DNA of 64,000 nt from the NCBI GenBank assembly GCA_049519355.1, contig JBEKQV010000002.1, positions 3,479 through 67,478 on the forward strand. The letters are read 5' to 3'. Position numbers and translations under genes: made by a program. The stretch comes from Candidatus Microgenomates bacterium (GTDB taxonomy: Bacteria > Patescibacteriota > Microgenomatia > UBA8517). Positions 21,332 through 30,230 of the stretch are shown piece after piece; position 1 is the stretch's first letter, and every line of letters starts with the position of its first letter. The notes beneath the pieces are model-generated. The model worked only from the letters and a program-made list of their open reading frames with translations, ran no database searches and was not told where the DNA came from.

Positions 21332-22021
21332 ATGCAAAATAGTTTCAAAAAATTACCGGTAGGATTAAGGGAAACATTAAGGGTTTCATTGCCTCTGGCA
21401 ATAGTTGTTATTCTTTTTATACTCGTAGCCAACTTTGGTTTGCCAAAAATCGCCGATGTTAGAAATCAAGTGTCAACCGCTCAAAATCTTAAAACGAGTC
21501 TTACACAGAAACTGGGTGTTCTCCAATCATTTTCGCAAAATCCGGCAGTCAATAACGTTAGTGCCGCATCCATTGCCCTTCCAAGCTCCGATCCGTCACC
21601 CATAATTGTTTCTCAGCTTAGAAATGCAACTTCGTGTTGTGCAGTAACCTTAGCGGATGTCAAAGCCGGATCGTCTGCGCTTGGGAGTTCGACATTATCT
21701 ACAGTAGGTACAACCTTTCAGGTTGTCGGTACAAGGAGCGGGGTTATCGATTATTTGCATTATATTCAAACAATCGCCCCAATTTCCATAGTAAATAGTG
21801 TCCGGATTAGTGAAAGTGCCGGGGTTGATACAGCCAATGTAATAATGGTTTCTTTCTGGGCACCATTTCCTAAAGTTATTCCTTCAATAAGCCAGCCAAT
21901 AACAAATCTTACAAATTCGGAGATTGCAGTGTTGAACCAGGTTGCAAGTCTTGTTCAACCAACGGTTGTTCAGGGTTTTGCTTCGGAACCGGGAGTTAAC
22001 CTCACACCATTTGGACAGTAA
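21332..22021 (+). CDS. pilO: PilO-like protein
   Basis: TM plus coiled coil, position after pilN. Confidence 0.6.
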   Translation: MQNSFKKLPVGLRETLRVSLPLAIVVILFILVANFGLPKIADVRNQVSTAQNLKTSLTQKLGVLQSFSQNPAVNNVSAASIALPSSDPSPIIVSQLRNATSCCAVTLADVKAGSSALGSSTLSTVGTTFQVVGTRSGVIDYLHYIQTIAPISIVNSVRISESAGVDTANVIMVSFWAPFPKVIPSISQPITNLTNSEIAVLNQVASLVQPTVVQGFASEPGVNLTPFGQ

Positions 22022-22023
22022 GT

Positions 22024-22248
22024 TTATTCAACGTTGAGGGAGACGGCACTCTTTTCTAAAGTTGCTCTTATTTTGAGGATGTTCCTGATGGATTTAATCA
22101 TACGTCCGCCTTTTCCGATAACAAGACCTATATTTTCCTGAGCGGTTTTAATTGTATAGGCAACTCTGCCGTTATCGTCGGCCTCTACCACCTCAAATTT
22201 CTCTTTTCCCAGAATCCCTTTGACTAAAAATTCCAAAAGTTCTTTCAT
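22024..22248 (-). CDS. khpA: KH-domain RNA-binding protein
   Basis: GLVIGKGG; adjacent to rpsP. Confidence 0.85.
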   Translation of the reverse strand: MKELLEFLVKGILGKEKFEVVEADDNGRVAYTIKTAQENIGLVIGKGGRMIKSIRNILKIRATLEKSAVSLNVE

Positions 22249-22466
22249 TTTTCTAAAAGCTTTTTAACGGCTGCGCTAATCTGAGCGCCCTTTTTTACCC
22301 AAGCATTAACTTTTTCTTTATCAATTTCTTTTATTTTCTTTGCCGGGTTCCATGTTCCCACGAACTCCAAAACTTTTCCCGCGGTCTTTTTTCCGGAATC
22401 AACGGCCACAACCCTGTAAAAAGGTGCCTTTTTTCTGCCGTATCTTGAAAGTCTGATTGTGACCAT
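22245..22466 (-). CDS. rpsP: 30S ribosomal protein S16
   Basis: MVTIRLSRYG..PFYRVV, GAQIS. Confidence 0.95.
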   Translation of the reverse strand: MVTIRLSRYGRKKAPFYRVVAVDSGKKTAGKVLEFVGTWNPAKKIKEIDKEKVNAWVKKGAQISAAVKKLLEK

Positions 22467-22473
22467 ATGGGCG

Positions 22474-23145
22474 TTATTTTATCCTTTTTGCCAGCACCTG
22501 TCTAGCGGCTTCCTGTTCGGCGGTACTTTTACTCTTACCTTCGCCTTTGCCCCAGCTCTCGCCGTTAACCACAACTTCTATTACAAATTTTTTATCATGG
22601 TCCGGTCCGGATTCTTCGATAACCTGGTATTTTGGTGTTGAAAAGCCTTTGGATTGAACGAACTCCTGTAGCCTGCTCTTATAATCCTTTAGTGGTTCCG
22701 AAGCTTTTTTGTCGACATCGGAAAGAAGATTTTCCTTGATGAAATCTTCAGCCGGGCCGATTCCCCTATCGATAAAAATTGCGCCAATGACAGCCTCAAC
22801 AGTATCCGCAAGTAAAGATGTGTTTTGTCTACCCCCGCCTTCCTCCTCACCCCGTGAGAGGAAAAGTTCAGGACCCAAATCAAGTTTTTTGGCAATTTCC
22901 GATAAGGCTATTGTATTTACCAAATTTGCACGGAGGGCGGTTAAGTATCCTTCTTCTTTATCGGGGAATTTGTTGTAGATTTCTTTTGAGGTTACATATT
23001 CCAGGATTGCATCTCCTAAAAATTCCAGACGCTCATTTGAGGTTCTGACGCCTTTATGTTCGTTGACCCAAGAGCGATGAGTTAGGGCGTGATCAAGCAG
23101 ACTTTTGTCTTTAAATCCGGTTCTAAGTAATTCTATTTTTTTCAC
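22474..23145 (-). CDS. rnc: Ribonuclease III
   Basis: NERLEFLGDA plus dsRBD. Confidence 0.97.
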   Translation of the reverse strand: MKKIELLRTGFKDKSLLDHALTHRSWVNEHKGVRTSNERLEFLGDAILEYVTSKEIYNKFPDKEEGYLTALRANLVNTIALSEIAKKLDLGPELFLSRGEEEGGGRQNTSLLADTVEAVIGAIFIDRGIGPAEDFIKENLLSDVDKKASEPLKDYKSRLQEFVQSKGFSTPKYQVIEESGPDHDKKFVIEVVVNGESWGKGEGKSKSTAEQEAARQVLAKRIK

Positions 23146-23384
23146 TGGTGTTCGGTTAACGCTTCTACCAGGTCCAGAAAAGTCTCGGTTTCGGTCAAAT
23201 CAACACTGCTGGCGTCAAGATTCATTCTTGTCAGGATTTCCATAAAATCCGTTAAATCAGTTGCCTTCATATGTAGATCCTCCCTTAAAATTGAATCATC
23301 TTCAACATCCCCCGGTTCGATTCCGAGATAATTTGCCAGCTCACGCCTTACACTTTCTTTGATTTTTTCTAAATCATTATCCAT
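23142..23384 (-). CDS. Acyl-carrier-protein-like protein lacking the phosphopantetheine Ser
   Basis: Acidic 80 aa; EDLHMKATD aligns to EDLGADSLD; acpP-rnc synteny. Confidence 0.65.
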   Translation of the reverse strand: MDNDLEKIKESVRRELANYLGIEPGDVEDDSILREDLHMKATDLTDFMEILTRMNLDASSVDLTETETFLDLVEALTEHQ

Positions 23385-23739
23385 TTGCTTCTTCGTCCTT
23401 ATATATTGTACCTAAGACACCGTTAATGAAAGAGGAAGACGATTCACTTCCGAACTCTTTGGCAAGTTCCACTGCCTCATCTATTACTACTTTTGGAGGC
23501 GTATCTTCATTTTCAAGTTCGTAAACCGCCAGCCTCAGAACCGCAAGATCGATTTTATTTAGTTTGTCGATGGGCCACTCTGGTGCCGCCTCTCGGATTA
23601 ACTTATCGATTTTATCTTGCTGTTTCAGAATTTTTTGAACAAGTTCGGGGAGGTTTGGTTGAACGGTGAAGGTTTCGGCAAAAAGAGCTTTAACGGCTTC
23701 ACGCCTGCGAAGGTGCCTTGGGTCAGTTGGAGTTTTCAT
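23377..23739 (-). CDS. nusB: Transcription antitermination factor NusB
   Basis: IDLAVLRLAVYEL, IDEAVELAKEFG, FINGVL. Confidence 0.95.
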   Translation of the reverse strand: MKTPTDPRHLRRREAVKALFAETFTVQPNLPELVQKILKQQDKIDKLIREAAPEWPIDKLNKIDLAVLRLAVYELENEDTPPKVVIDEAVELAKEFGSESSSSFINGVLGTIYKDEEANG

Positions 23740-23898
23740 TCATTTATAGAACCCGCAATAAGGACAAGCCCTGTGGGATTCTTTGAGTTTTCCACAGTTC
23801 GGGCATTTAACAAGGTTTCCAAGTCTGAGCTTGGGCTGACCCGCGCGCCTCTTGTCGCTTCTGCTTCTTGTGTGTTTTCGTTTAGGTAATGGTGTCAT
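23740..23898 (-). CDS. rpmF: 50S ribosomal protein L32 (not in ORF track)
   Basis: [18 protein letters not shown]...CPNCG...[11 protein letters not shown]. Confidence 0.92.
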   Translation of the reverse strand: MTPLPKRKHTRSRSDKRRAGQPKLRLGNLVKCPNCGKLKESHRACPYCGFYK

Positions 23899-23968
23899 AC
23901 TTGGTTCTTACTTTTCTTACAGGGGTATTTTACAATAAAATTAGGTTTAAGTGCAATCACATCACCCC

Positions 23969-25969
23969 TTAGACGGTTTCGACCCTTTTTATTTTTAGGA
24001 TTTTTGGATATTTCCCGGGACTGGCTACAATATCTTCCGCCAGATCCTTTGCCTTTTTAATAAGGCTATAGTTATTCCAACTGGCGACTTTGAGCTCAGG
24101 AAATCCGCTTTGGGCCGTGCCGAAAATTTCGCCCGGACCTCTCATCTTGAGATCCAGCTCGGCAAGTTCAAATCCGGAATGCATGGATTCCATTGCCTTA
24201 AGTCTCTGAAACGCGTTGCCTGAATGAAAGTTTGAAAAAAGTAAACAATAAGACTTTTGTTCCCCGCGTCCGACCCTTCCCCGTAGCTGGTGGAGCTGTG
24301 CCAGTCCAAATCTTTCCGCAGCTTCGATTACCATAATTGTTGCTCCGGGAATATCAATTCCAACCTCAACTACCGGGGTGGAAACAAGGATTTGAATTTT
24401 TCCGTCGCGGAACGCATTTAATATTTTCTCTTTTTCGGTGTGGTTAAGCCTTCCGTGAAGGAGCCCGACTTTTTGTCCGGAAAATATTTTCTTAATTTTT
24501 ATAAACTCGGTTGTGACGGCTTTAACATCCTGGAGAGTTTCAGTGTCCGACTCTTCGATAAGCGGGCAGATGATAAAGGCTTGTGAATTTTTGCCGGTAA
24601 TTTGTGACATTATCCAGCCATATGCACCTTCTCTTTTTTGATTGGGAACAACCCAGGTTGTAATTTTTTGCCTGCCTTCCGGCATTTCCGTCAGAACCGA
24701 TAAATCAAGATCGCCATAAGAAGTTAAAGCAATCGTCCTCGGAATTGGGGTTGCCGTCATTGTCAGAACGTGGGGAGTACCCGATTTTTTTACAAGATGT
24801 TTCCTCTGTTCAACCCCAAATCTATGTTGCTCATCAATCACTACCAAAGCAACTTTTTTGAAATCAATTTTGCTGTGGATAAGAGCATGGGTGCCGACAA
24901 AAATGTCACTTCTGCCGATTTCTATCTTTTTTGATGTTGAGGTTATTAAAGAAACTCTAACTTTATATATTCCAAGCAGCGAATTTAAAGTTTTATAATG
25001 CTGTTCGGCAAGAATTTGCGTCGGCGCCATAATTACGGTTTGGAAACCGTTTGCAAAGACGGCAAACGCTCCCGCCGCCGCGACAACGGTTTTTCCCGAT
25101 CCGACATCTCCTTCAAGAAGGCGGTTCATCGGATAATTTTTCGACAAATCTTTGAGAATTTCATCAACCGCCAGTTGTTGTGATTTTGTAAGTTTGAAAG
25201 GAAGCGTTTCAATAAACTTTCCGACTTGGGACTTATTAATTTTCAGCTTGTTTGCGACGGTGCTCTTCTTCCAGTTAATCTTTCTATGCAGACTTCTCAG
25301 TTCAAGCGAAAGCAGTTCGTTAAATGCCAACCTTTCTCTCCCCTCGTCCGCCTCCTCCAAATTTTTGGGAAAGTGGACAAACTTAATCGCATTTTTTAAG
25401 CCGGTGAGTTTAAGTTTAATAAGAATGTTTTCGGGTAGATAATCATCAATCGTTACGCCTTGAAAAGCGTCTTTAATTTTTGTTCTTATCCATTTTGAAG
25501 AAAGGCCCGCAGTTTCGGGATAAATAGGTACAAATCTACCGGTATGAACAGTGGGTTTATCGACATCGGTTAGAATTTCATAATCGGGTGAAGTAAGGCA
25601 GAGTTTGCGGTTGAAAAAACCGACCTTTCCGGAAAGAGAGACTGTTCTTCCAGGATAAAGAGTTCTGATTAAGAATGGCTGGTTAAACCAGACAACAGTA
25701 ATTTTCCCGGTGGAGTCTTCGACCGCACCGATCTGCATTCTAAGTCCACGTTTTGAATAAATATTTTTAAGTGACACTACCTGTGCATGAATCGTGGCCG
25801 TTTCGTCGGGATTAAGTTTTGAAATAGTGGTAACTAAAGAGTAATCGAGGTACCGGCTCGGAACATGGTAAAAGAGATCTTCAATGGTATTTATTCCCAG
25901 TTTCTCAAATTTCAGCCCGAAAATCGGACCTATTTTGGGTAGGTCGGTTATTGAAGAAGTTAAATCCAT
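23969..25969 (-). CDS. recG: ATP-dependent DNA helicase RecG
   Basis: GDVGSGKT, DEQHRFGV, QLRGRVGR. Confidence 0.97.
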   Translation of the reverse strand: MDLTSSITDLPKIGPIFGLKFEKLGINTIEDLFYHVPSRYLDYSLVTTISKLNPDETATIHAQVVSLKNIYSKRGLRMQIGAVEDSTGKITVVWFNQPFLIRTLYPGRTVSLSGKVGFFNRKLCLTSPDYEILTDVDKPTVHTGRFVPIYPETAGLSSKWIRTKIKDAFQGVTIDDYLPENILIKLKLTGLKNAIKFVHFPKNLEEADEGRERLAFNELLSLELRSLHRKINWKKSTVANKLKINKSQVGKFIETLPFKLTKSQQLAVDEILKDLSKNYPMNRLLEGDVGSGKTVVAAAGAFAVFANGFQTVIMAPTQILAEQHYKTLNSLLGIYKVRVSLITSTSKKIEIGRSDIFVGTHALIHSKIDFKKVALVVIDEQHRFGVEQRKHLVKKSGTPHVLTMTATPIPRTIALTSYGDLDLSVLTEMPEGRQKITTWVVPNQKREGAYGWIMSQITGKNSQAFIICPLIEESDTETLQDVKAVTTEFIKIKKIFSGQKVGLLHGRLNHTEKEKILNAFRDGKIQILVSTPVVEVGIDIPGATIMVIEAAERFGLAQLHQLRGRVGRGEQKSYCLLFSNFHSGNAFQRLKAMESMHSGFELAELDLKMRGPGEIFGTAQSGFPELKVASWNNYSLIKKAKDLAEDIVASPGKYPKILKIKRVETV

Positions 25970-25978
25970 TCCCTGATA

Positions 25979-26083
25979 TTATCGCGTGTAGATGATATAA
26001 GGCAAGACGGCACCAAGAAGAAGTGCCAGTGAGGCGATTATGGTGACTATTACAAATATTTTTTTGCCTTTTTTACCAATCAT
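25979..26083 (-). CDS. 34-aa single-TM peptide (not in ORF track)
   Basis: MIGKKGKKIFVIVTIIASLALLLGAVLPYIIYTR; ATGA overlap with tyrS stop. Confidence 0.6.
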   Translation of the reverse strand: MIGKKGKKIFVIVTIIASLALLLGAVLPYIIYTR

Positions 26084-27234
26084 TTTGCTACTTTTAGAAA
26101 AGTCCTGTCGCCAACCTTTATCTTATCATTGATTTTTAGTTTATAGTTCGGGTCGGAAACGGTTTCCCCGTTCACATCCACCGCCTTTTGTTTGATGAGT
26201 TCTTTGGCATTGCTCATGCTGTTTCTGGGTGTGAAGGGAATGATGGTTTTTGCCAATGAATCTTCGAGGGATACTTTAATATTAAATTCGGGGGCTCTTT
26301 CCTGAAAAGTATGCTCGAACGATTTTTCGGCATCTTTTGCTTTAGCTTCCCCCCACAAAAGTTTTACAACCTCAAAAGCCAAATATTTTTTCTGTTCCAT
26401 TGGATTTTCTTTAATTTTTCCTTTAATTCCCTCAAGCGGAACTTCGGTCAGAAGTTCAAATCCAAGTTCAATTACGCTGTCCGGGAACGACATAATCCCG
26501 GCGTAAAAGTTTTCTGGGGTAGAATCTAAAAATAGAGCATTTCCTGTGGTTTTGCCCACTTTCTTTCCTTCAGCGTCAACCAAAAGTTTAGTTGTCAGAA
26601 CATATTTTTCCTTATTTTTTACGGCCTTCATAAGGGTTCTTCCGGCCATCATATTGAAGAGCTGATCGTTTCCCCCGATTTCCAAATCAACATCCATCAT
26701 TACTGAATCTTCAGCCTGAGCGACAGGATATAAAAATTCATGAAGATAAATCGGTTCGTTCTTTTTAAGTCGTTCCTGGAACATGTCTCGTTCGATCATT
26801 TGCTGGACGGTGAAATTTGAAGTTATTCCTATAAGTTCCTTGAATGTGATTTTATCCGACCAATCCGAGTTAAACATTATCTTTGCGGCATTTGGTCCTT
26901 CAAAATCGAGAACTTTTCCAGCTTGTTCCTTCCATGATTTTGCGTTTGCCAAAACCTGTTCGCGTGTCAATTTTGGCCGTGTTGCAAGTTTGTCTGTAGG
27001 GTCCCCAATCATTCCCGTAAAATCCCCGACCAAAAAGATCACTTCGTGCCCGAGCTTTTGAAATTGCCGGAGTTTCATTAAACCCACGAAGTTTCCAAGA
27101 TGAAGACTGGGCATTGAAGGATCAAACCCCTGATAAAGTTTAATTTTGCGTTTAGCCATTAAATCAGCTAAGAGTTTCTTATCAGGTAAAACTTGTTGGA
27201 CTCCTCTTGTCAAAGCTTCTTCAATTTTGTTCAT
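26080..27234 (-). CDS. tyrS: Tyrosine--tRNA ligase
   Basis: GFDP..LHLGN, GGNDQ, KVGKT, S4-like C-terminus. Confidence 0.95.
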   Translation of the reverse strand: MNKIEEALTRGVQQVLPDKKLLADLMAKRKIKLYQGFDPSMPSLHLGNFVGLMKLRQFQKLGHEVIFLVGDFTGMIGDPTDKLATRPKLTREQVLANAKSWKEQAGKVLDFEGPNAAKIMFNSDWSDKITFKELIGITSNFTVQQMIERDMFQERLKKNEPIYLHEFLYPVAQAEDSVMMDVDLEIGGNDQLFNMMAGRTLMKAVKNKEKYVLTTKLLVDAEGKKVGKTTGNALFLDSTPENFYAGIMSFPDSVIELGFELLTEVPLEGIKGKIKENPMEQKKYLAFEVVKLLWGEAKAKDAEKSFEHTFQERAPEFNIKVSLEDSLAKTIIPFTPRNSMSNAKELIKQKAVDVNGETVSDPNYKLKINDKIKVGDRTFLKVAK

Positions 27235-27276
27235 ATTTTTAATTCTAAGCCTGTTTTGATACAATGACAAGGAATA

Positions 27277-29847
27277 ATGTGGAGAGACCGAATTCGATAT
27301 AGACAGTCATTGAGCCGGAGCCGGAAGCTGGTAAAGTTTGCAAAAATTGCTTTTTTTGCCGCCATCGGTTTTTTTATATTTCTTTTTTTTGTTTTACCTC
27401 TTATGGCTTTCAATCTTCCCTCTCCGGATAAGATTGTCAGAACCACGGGATTTTCCACTAAAATTTTAGATAGAAACGGCAATCTTCTTTATGACATTTA
27501 CGCCAATCAAAATAGGACACCGGAGCAGCTCTCCGATATTCCCGTCTATCTTAGACAAGCCACCATTTCTATTGAAGATAAAAATTTTTATTCTCACCAG
27601 GGTTTCGATCCATTGGGAATGCTTAGGGGTTTTCTTAAAATTTTTACAACCGGCCGCGCGGAAGGCGGCTCGACACTTACCCAACAGCTTGTAAAAAATA
27701 CTCTTTTGACAAATGACAGAACGTTAATCCGGAAAGTTGAAGAACTTGTCTTAGCAATTCAAATTGAAAAGAAATATTCAAAAGACCAAATTCTCCAAAT
27801 GTACCTTAACGAAGTTCCGTATGGGGGAACATCATGGGGCGTCGGGGCTGCGGCGGAAACTTATTTCGGTAAAGATGTAAAAGATTTGGACCTGGTTGAG
27901 TGTGCAATTCTGGCCGGAATGCCGCAAGCCCCTTCAACTTATTCTCCATATTCATCGACTCCGACGGCTTATATTCAAAGAACCAAAGATGTACTCCGTC
28001 AAATGCAGGCTAACGGATATATAACGAAAGCTCAGGAGACAGCTGCCGATTCGGAACTTGCCAATGTTCAATTCCAACCAAAAGGTGCGAGTCTTAATGC
28101 CCCCCATTTTGTTCAGTATGTTGAGCAAATTCTTGAACAAAGATATGGACAAGCCGCTGTTGAACAGGGTGGTTTGACCGTAACGACCACTTTGGATCTT
28201 AACCTCCAGAACCAAGCTCAACAGATAGTAACCGATGAAATAGCAAAGGTTGAAAATCAGCACATAACCAACGGAGCCGCAATCGTAATCGACCCCGAGA
28301 CAGGCGAAATATTGGCGATGGTGGGTTCCAAAGATTTTAATGCAACCGATTATGACGGTCAGGTTAATGTAACCACTGCTCTCAGACAGCCGGGAAGCTC
28401 TTTCAAGCCTTTTACTTATGTTACAGCCATTAAAGAAGGATACACGGCGGCAACGCTTTTAATGGATGTACCTACAACATTCCCAGGTGGAGCCAACAAT
28501 CCCGATTATCAACCAGTAAATTACGACGGAAAATTTGTTGGTCCGATACAAGTTAGATACGCGTTGGCGAATTCAAGGAACATTCCCGCAGTAAAAATGC
28601 TGGCCATGGTTGGAATTAAAAACGTTCTTCAGACGGCTACCGATATGGGGATTACCACTCTTCCTCCGACACAGGATACTCTAAACAACGTAGGTCTTTC
28701 GCTAACTTTAGGCGGAGGATCTGTACGTCTCATCGATATGGCGTCGGCTTATTCAGCGTTTGTGAACAGCGGGCAAAGGGTTGACCCGGTGGCAATTTTA
28801 CAAGTTACGGATGTAAACGGTAAAGTCCTGGAGGACGATCACCCGCAAAAAGGCAAACAGGTAATTACACCTGAACAGGCTTTTTTAATCGACAATATTC
28901 TCTCCGATAATGCCGCAAGAACACCTGAGTTCGGGGCAAATTCTTATTTGAATGTGCCGGGATACAACGTTATGGTCAAAACAGGCACGACAAATGACAA
29001 GAGAGATAACTGGACAATCGGCGGAAACGATAACGCAATGGTTGGGGTTTGGGTTGGAAATAATGACAACTCTCCGATGCTCAATGTTGCCTCGGGAATT
29101 TCAGGAGCCTCGCCTATTTGGCACCAAATTGTTCTTCAAGTGTTAAAGGGAAAGCCGCAAGCGAGCTTTACTCCCCCGTCGGATATTATAACTGCACAGG
29201 TAGATACAATTTCGGGTTATGCTGCACACGACAGTTTCCCGTCCCGTCAAGAATATTTTATAAAAGGTACGGAGCCTGTTGGGGCGGATCCGACACATGT
29301 ACTTCTTAGACTTTGCAATGCTGACGGGAAATTGGCAAACCCAAGTGATATTTCCTCGAATAATTTTCATACCCAGGAATTCTTTATATTCAAAGAAAAA
29401 GATCCGACAGCTGCTCCCGGCGGACCTAACCAATGGCAGGCCGGAATTGACAGTTGGGTAAGTGGGCAAAGTGACCCGAGATATCATCCGCCGACGGATT
29501 ATTGCGGGTCTGGAAATCCGCTGGATGTTGAATTTACCAATCCGCATGATCAGGACTCGAATCTCAATGGAAATTTTTCGGCCACGTTTACCGCTAATTC
29601 CAACTCGTCGATAACGGAGGCCGATCTGCAGGTCAATGGTTCGACTAAATGTTCATTTAATAATGGTGCAAATAGTTATAAATGTGATCTGAACGGGCTT
29701 TCAACAGGAGTTTACACTTTGCAGGCAGATGCGACCGATGCCGGGAATCATCAGGCCAGTAGAACAATTACGATTGCCGTCGGAGAAGCAATACCCACTC
29801 CTACCCCAAGCCCGACTCCAACACCGACTCCCACCGCCACCCCTTGA
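27277..29847 (+). CDS. Class A penicillin-binding protein with C-terminal Ig-like domain and Pro/Thr tail
   Basis: EDKNF, GGSTLTQQL, SSFK, SRN, KTGT. Confidence 0.93.
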   Translation: MWRDRIRYRQSLSRSRKLVKFAKIAFFAAIGFFIFLFFVLPLMAFNLPSPDKIVRTTGFSTKILDRNGNLLYDIYANQNRTPEQLSDIPVYLRQATISIEDKNFYSHQGFDPLGMLRGFLKIFTTGRAEGGSTLTQQLVKNTLLTNDRTLIRKVEELVLAIQIEKKYSKDQILQMYLNEVPYGGTSWGVGAAAETYFGKDVKDLDLVECAILAGMPQAPSTYSPYSSTPTAYIQRTKDVLRQMQANGYITKAQETAADSELANVQFQPKGASLNAPHFVQYVEQILEQRYGQAAVEQGGLTVTTTLDLNLQNQAQQIVTDEIAKVENQHITNGAAIVIDPETGEILAMVGSKDFNATDYDGQVNVTTALRQPGSSFKPFTYVTAIKEGYTAATLLMDVPTTFPGGANNPDYQPVNYDGKFVGPIQVRYALANSRNIPAVKMLAMVGIKNVLQTATDMGITTLPPTQDTLNNVGLSLTLGGGSVRLIDMASAYSAFVNSGQRVDPVAILQVTDVNGKVLEDDHPQKGKQVITPEQAFLIDNILSDNAARTPEFGANSYLNVPGYNVMVKTGTTNDKRDNWTIGGNDNAMVGVWVGNNDNSPMLNVASGISGASPIWHQIVLQVLKGKPQASFTPPSDIITAQVDTISGYAAHDSFPSRQEYFIKGTEPVGADPTHVLLRLCNADGKLANPSDISSNNFHTQEFFIFKEKDPTAAPGGPNQWQAGIDSWVSGQSDPRYHPPTDYCGSGNPLDVEFTNPHDQDSNLNGNFSATFTANSNSSITEADLQVNGSTKCSFNNGANSYKCDLNGLSTGVYTLQADATDAGNHQASRTITIAVGEAIPTPTPSPTPTPTPTATP

Positions 29848-29888
29848 CTTTGGTCTAAAATTCCTTAAACTGCGTGAGAAGCGAAGAC

Positions 29889-30230
29889 ATGGTCGAACAC
29901 GATCACATAGCAAAAGATATTACGGTTGCCGTCATAAAAACCACGGATATTGATTTCCAAAATCCTGAAGATCCGGTTGTAGAATTTATGGAAAACCTGG
30001 AAAATTCTGAGGCTCGATTAGGAGAGGTCGTAAGTTGGCGTGTATCCCACGGTAAGAGAAGAAAAATATCAAATATGAATATAGTTAGGCGGCAGCGTGC
30101 ATCTCAACTTCGGGCGACAAAGGATGCCTTGGATATTTTAAGGCAACACAGTTTTTCCGAAGCGACTTTTTTCAAAAACGAGCAGGGTAAAATTATCGGT
30201 TTTAAAGTTGATCAGGATTCGCAACATTAG
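29889..30230 (+). CDS. Hypothetical protein
   Basis: ORF filling the gap; no motif recognised. Confidence 0.55.
   Translation: MVEHDHIAKDITVAVIKTTDIDFQNPEDPVVEFMENLENSEARLGEVVSWRVSHGKRRKISNMNIVRRQRASQLRATKDALDILRQHSFSEATFFKNEQGKIIGFKVDQDSQH

Noticed and set aside
29792-29844. Tandem repeats here and at about 43680-43750
   Set aside because: Ordinary Pro/Thr linkers within proteins
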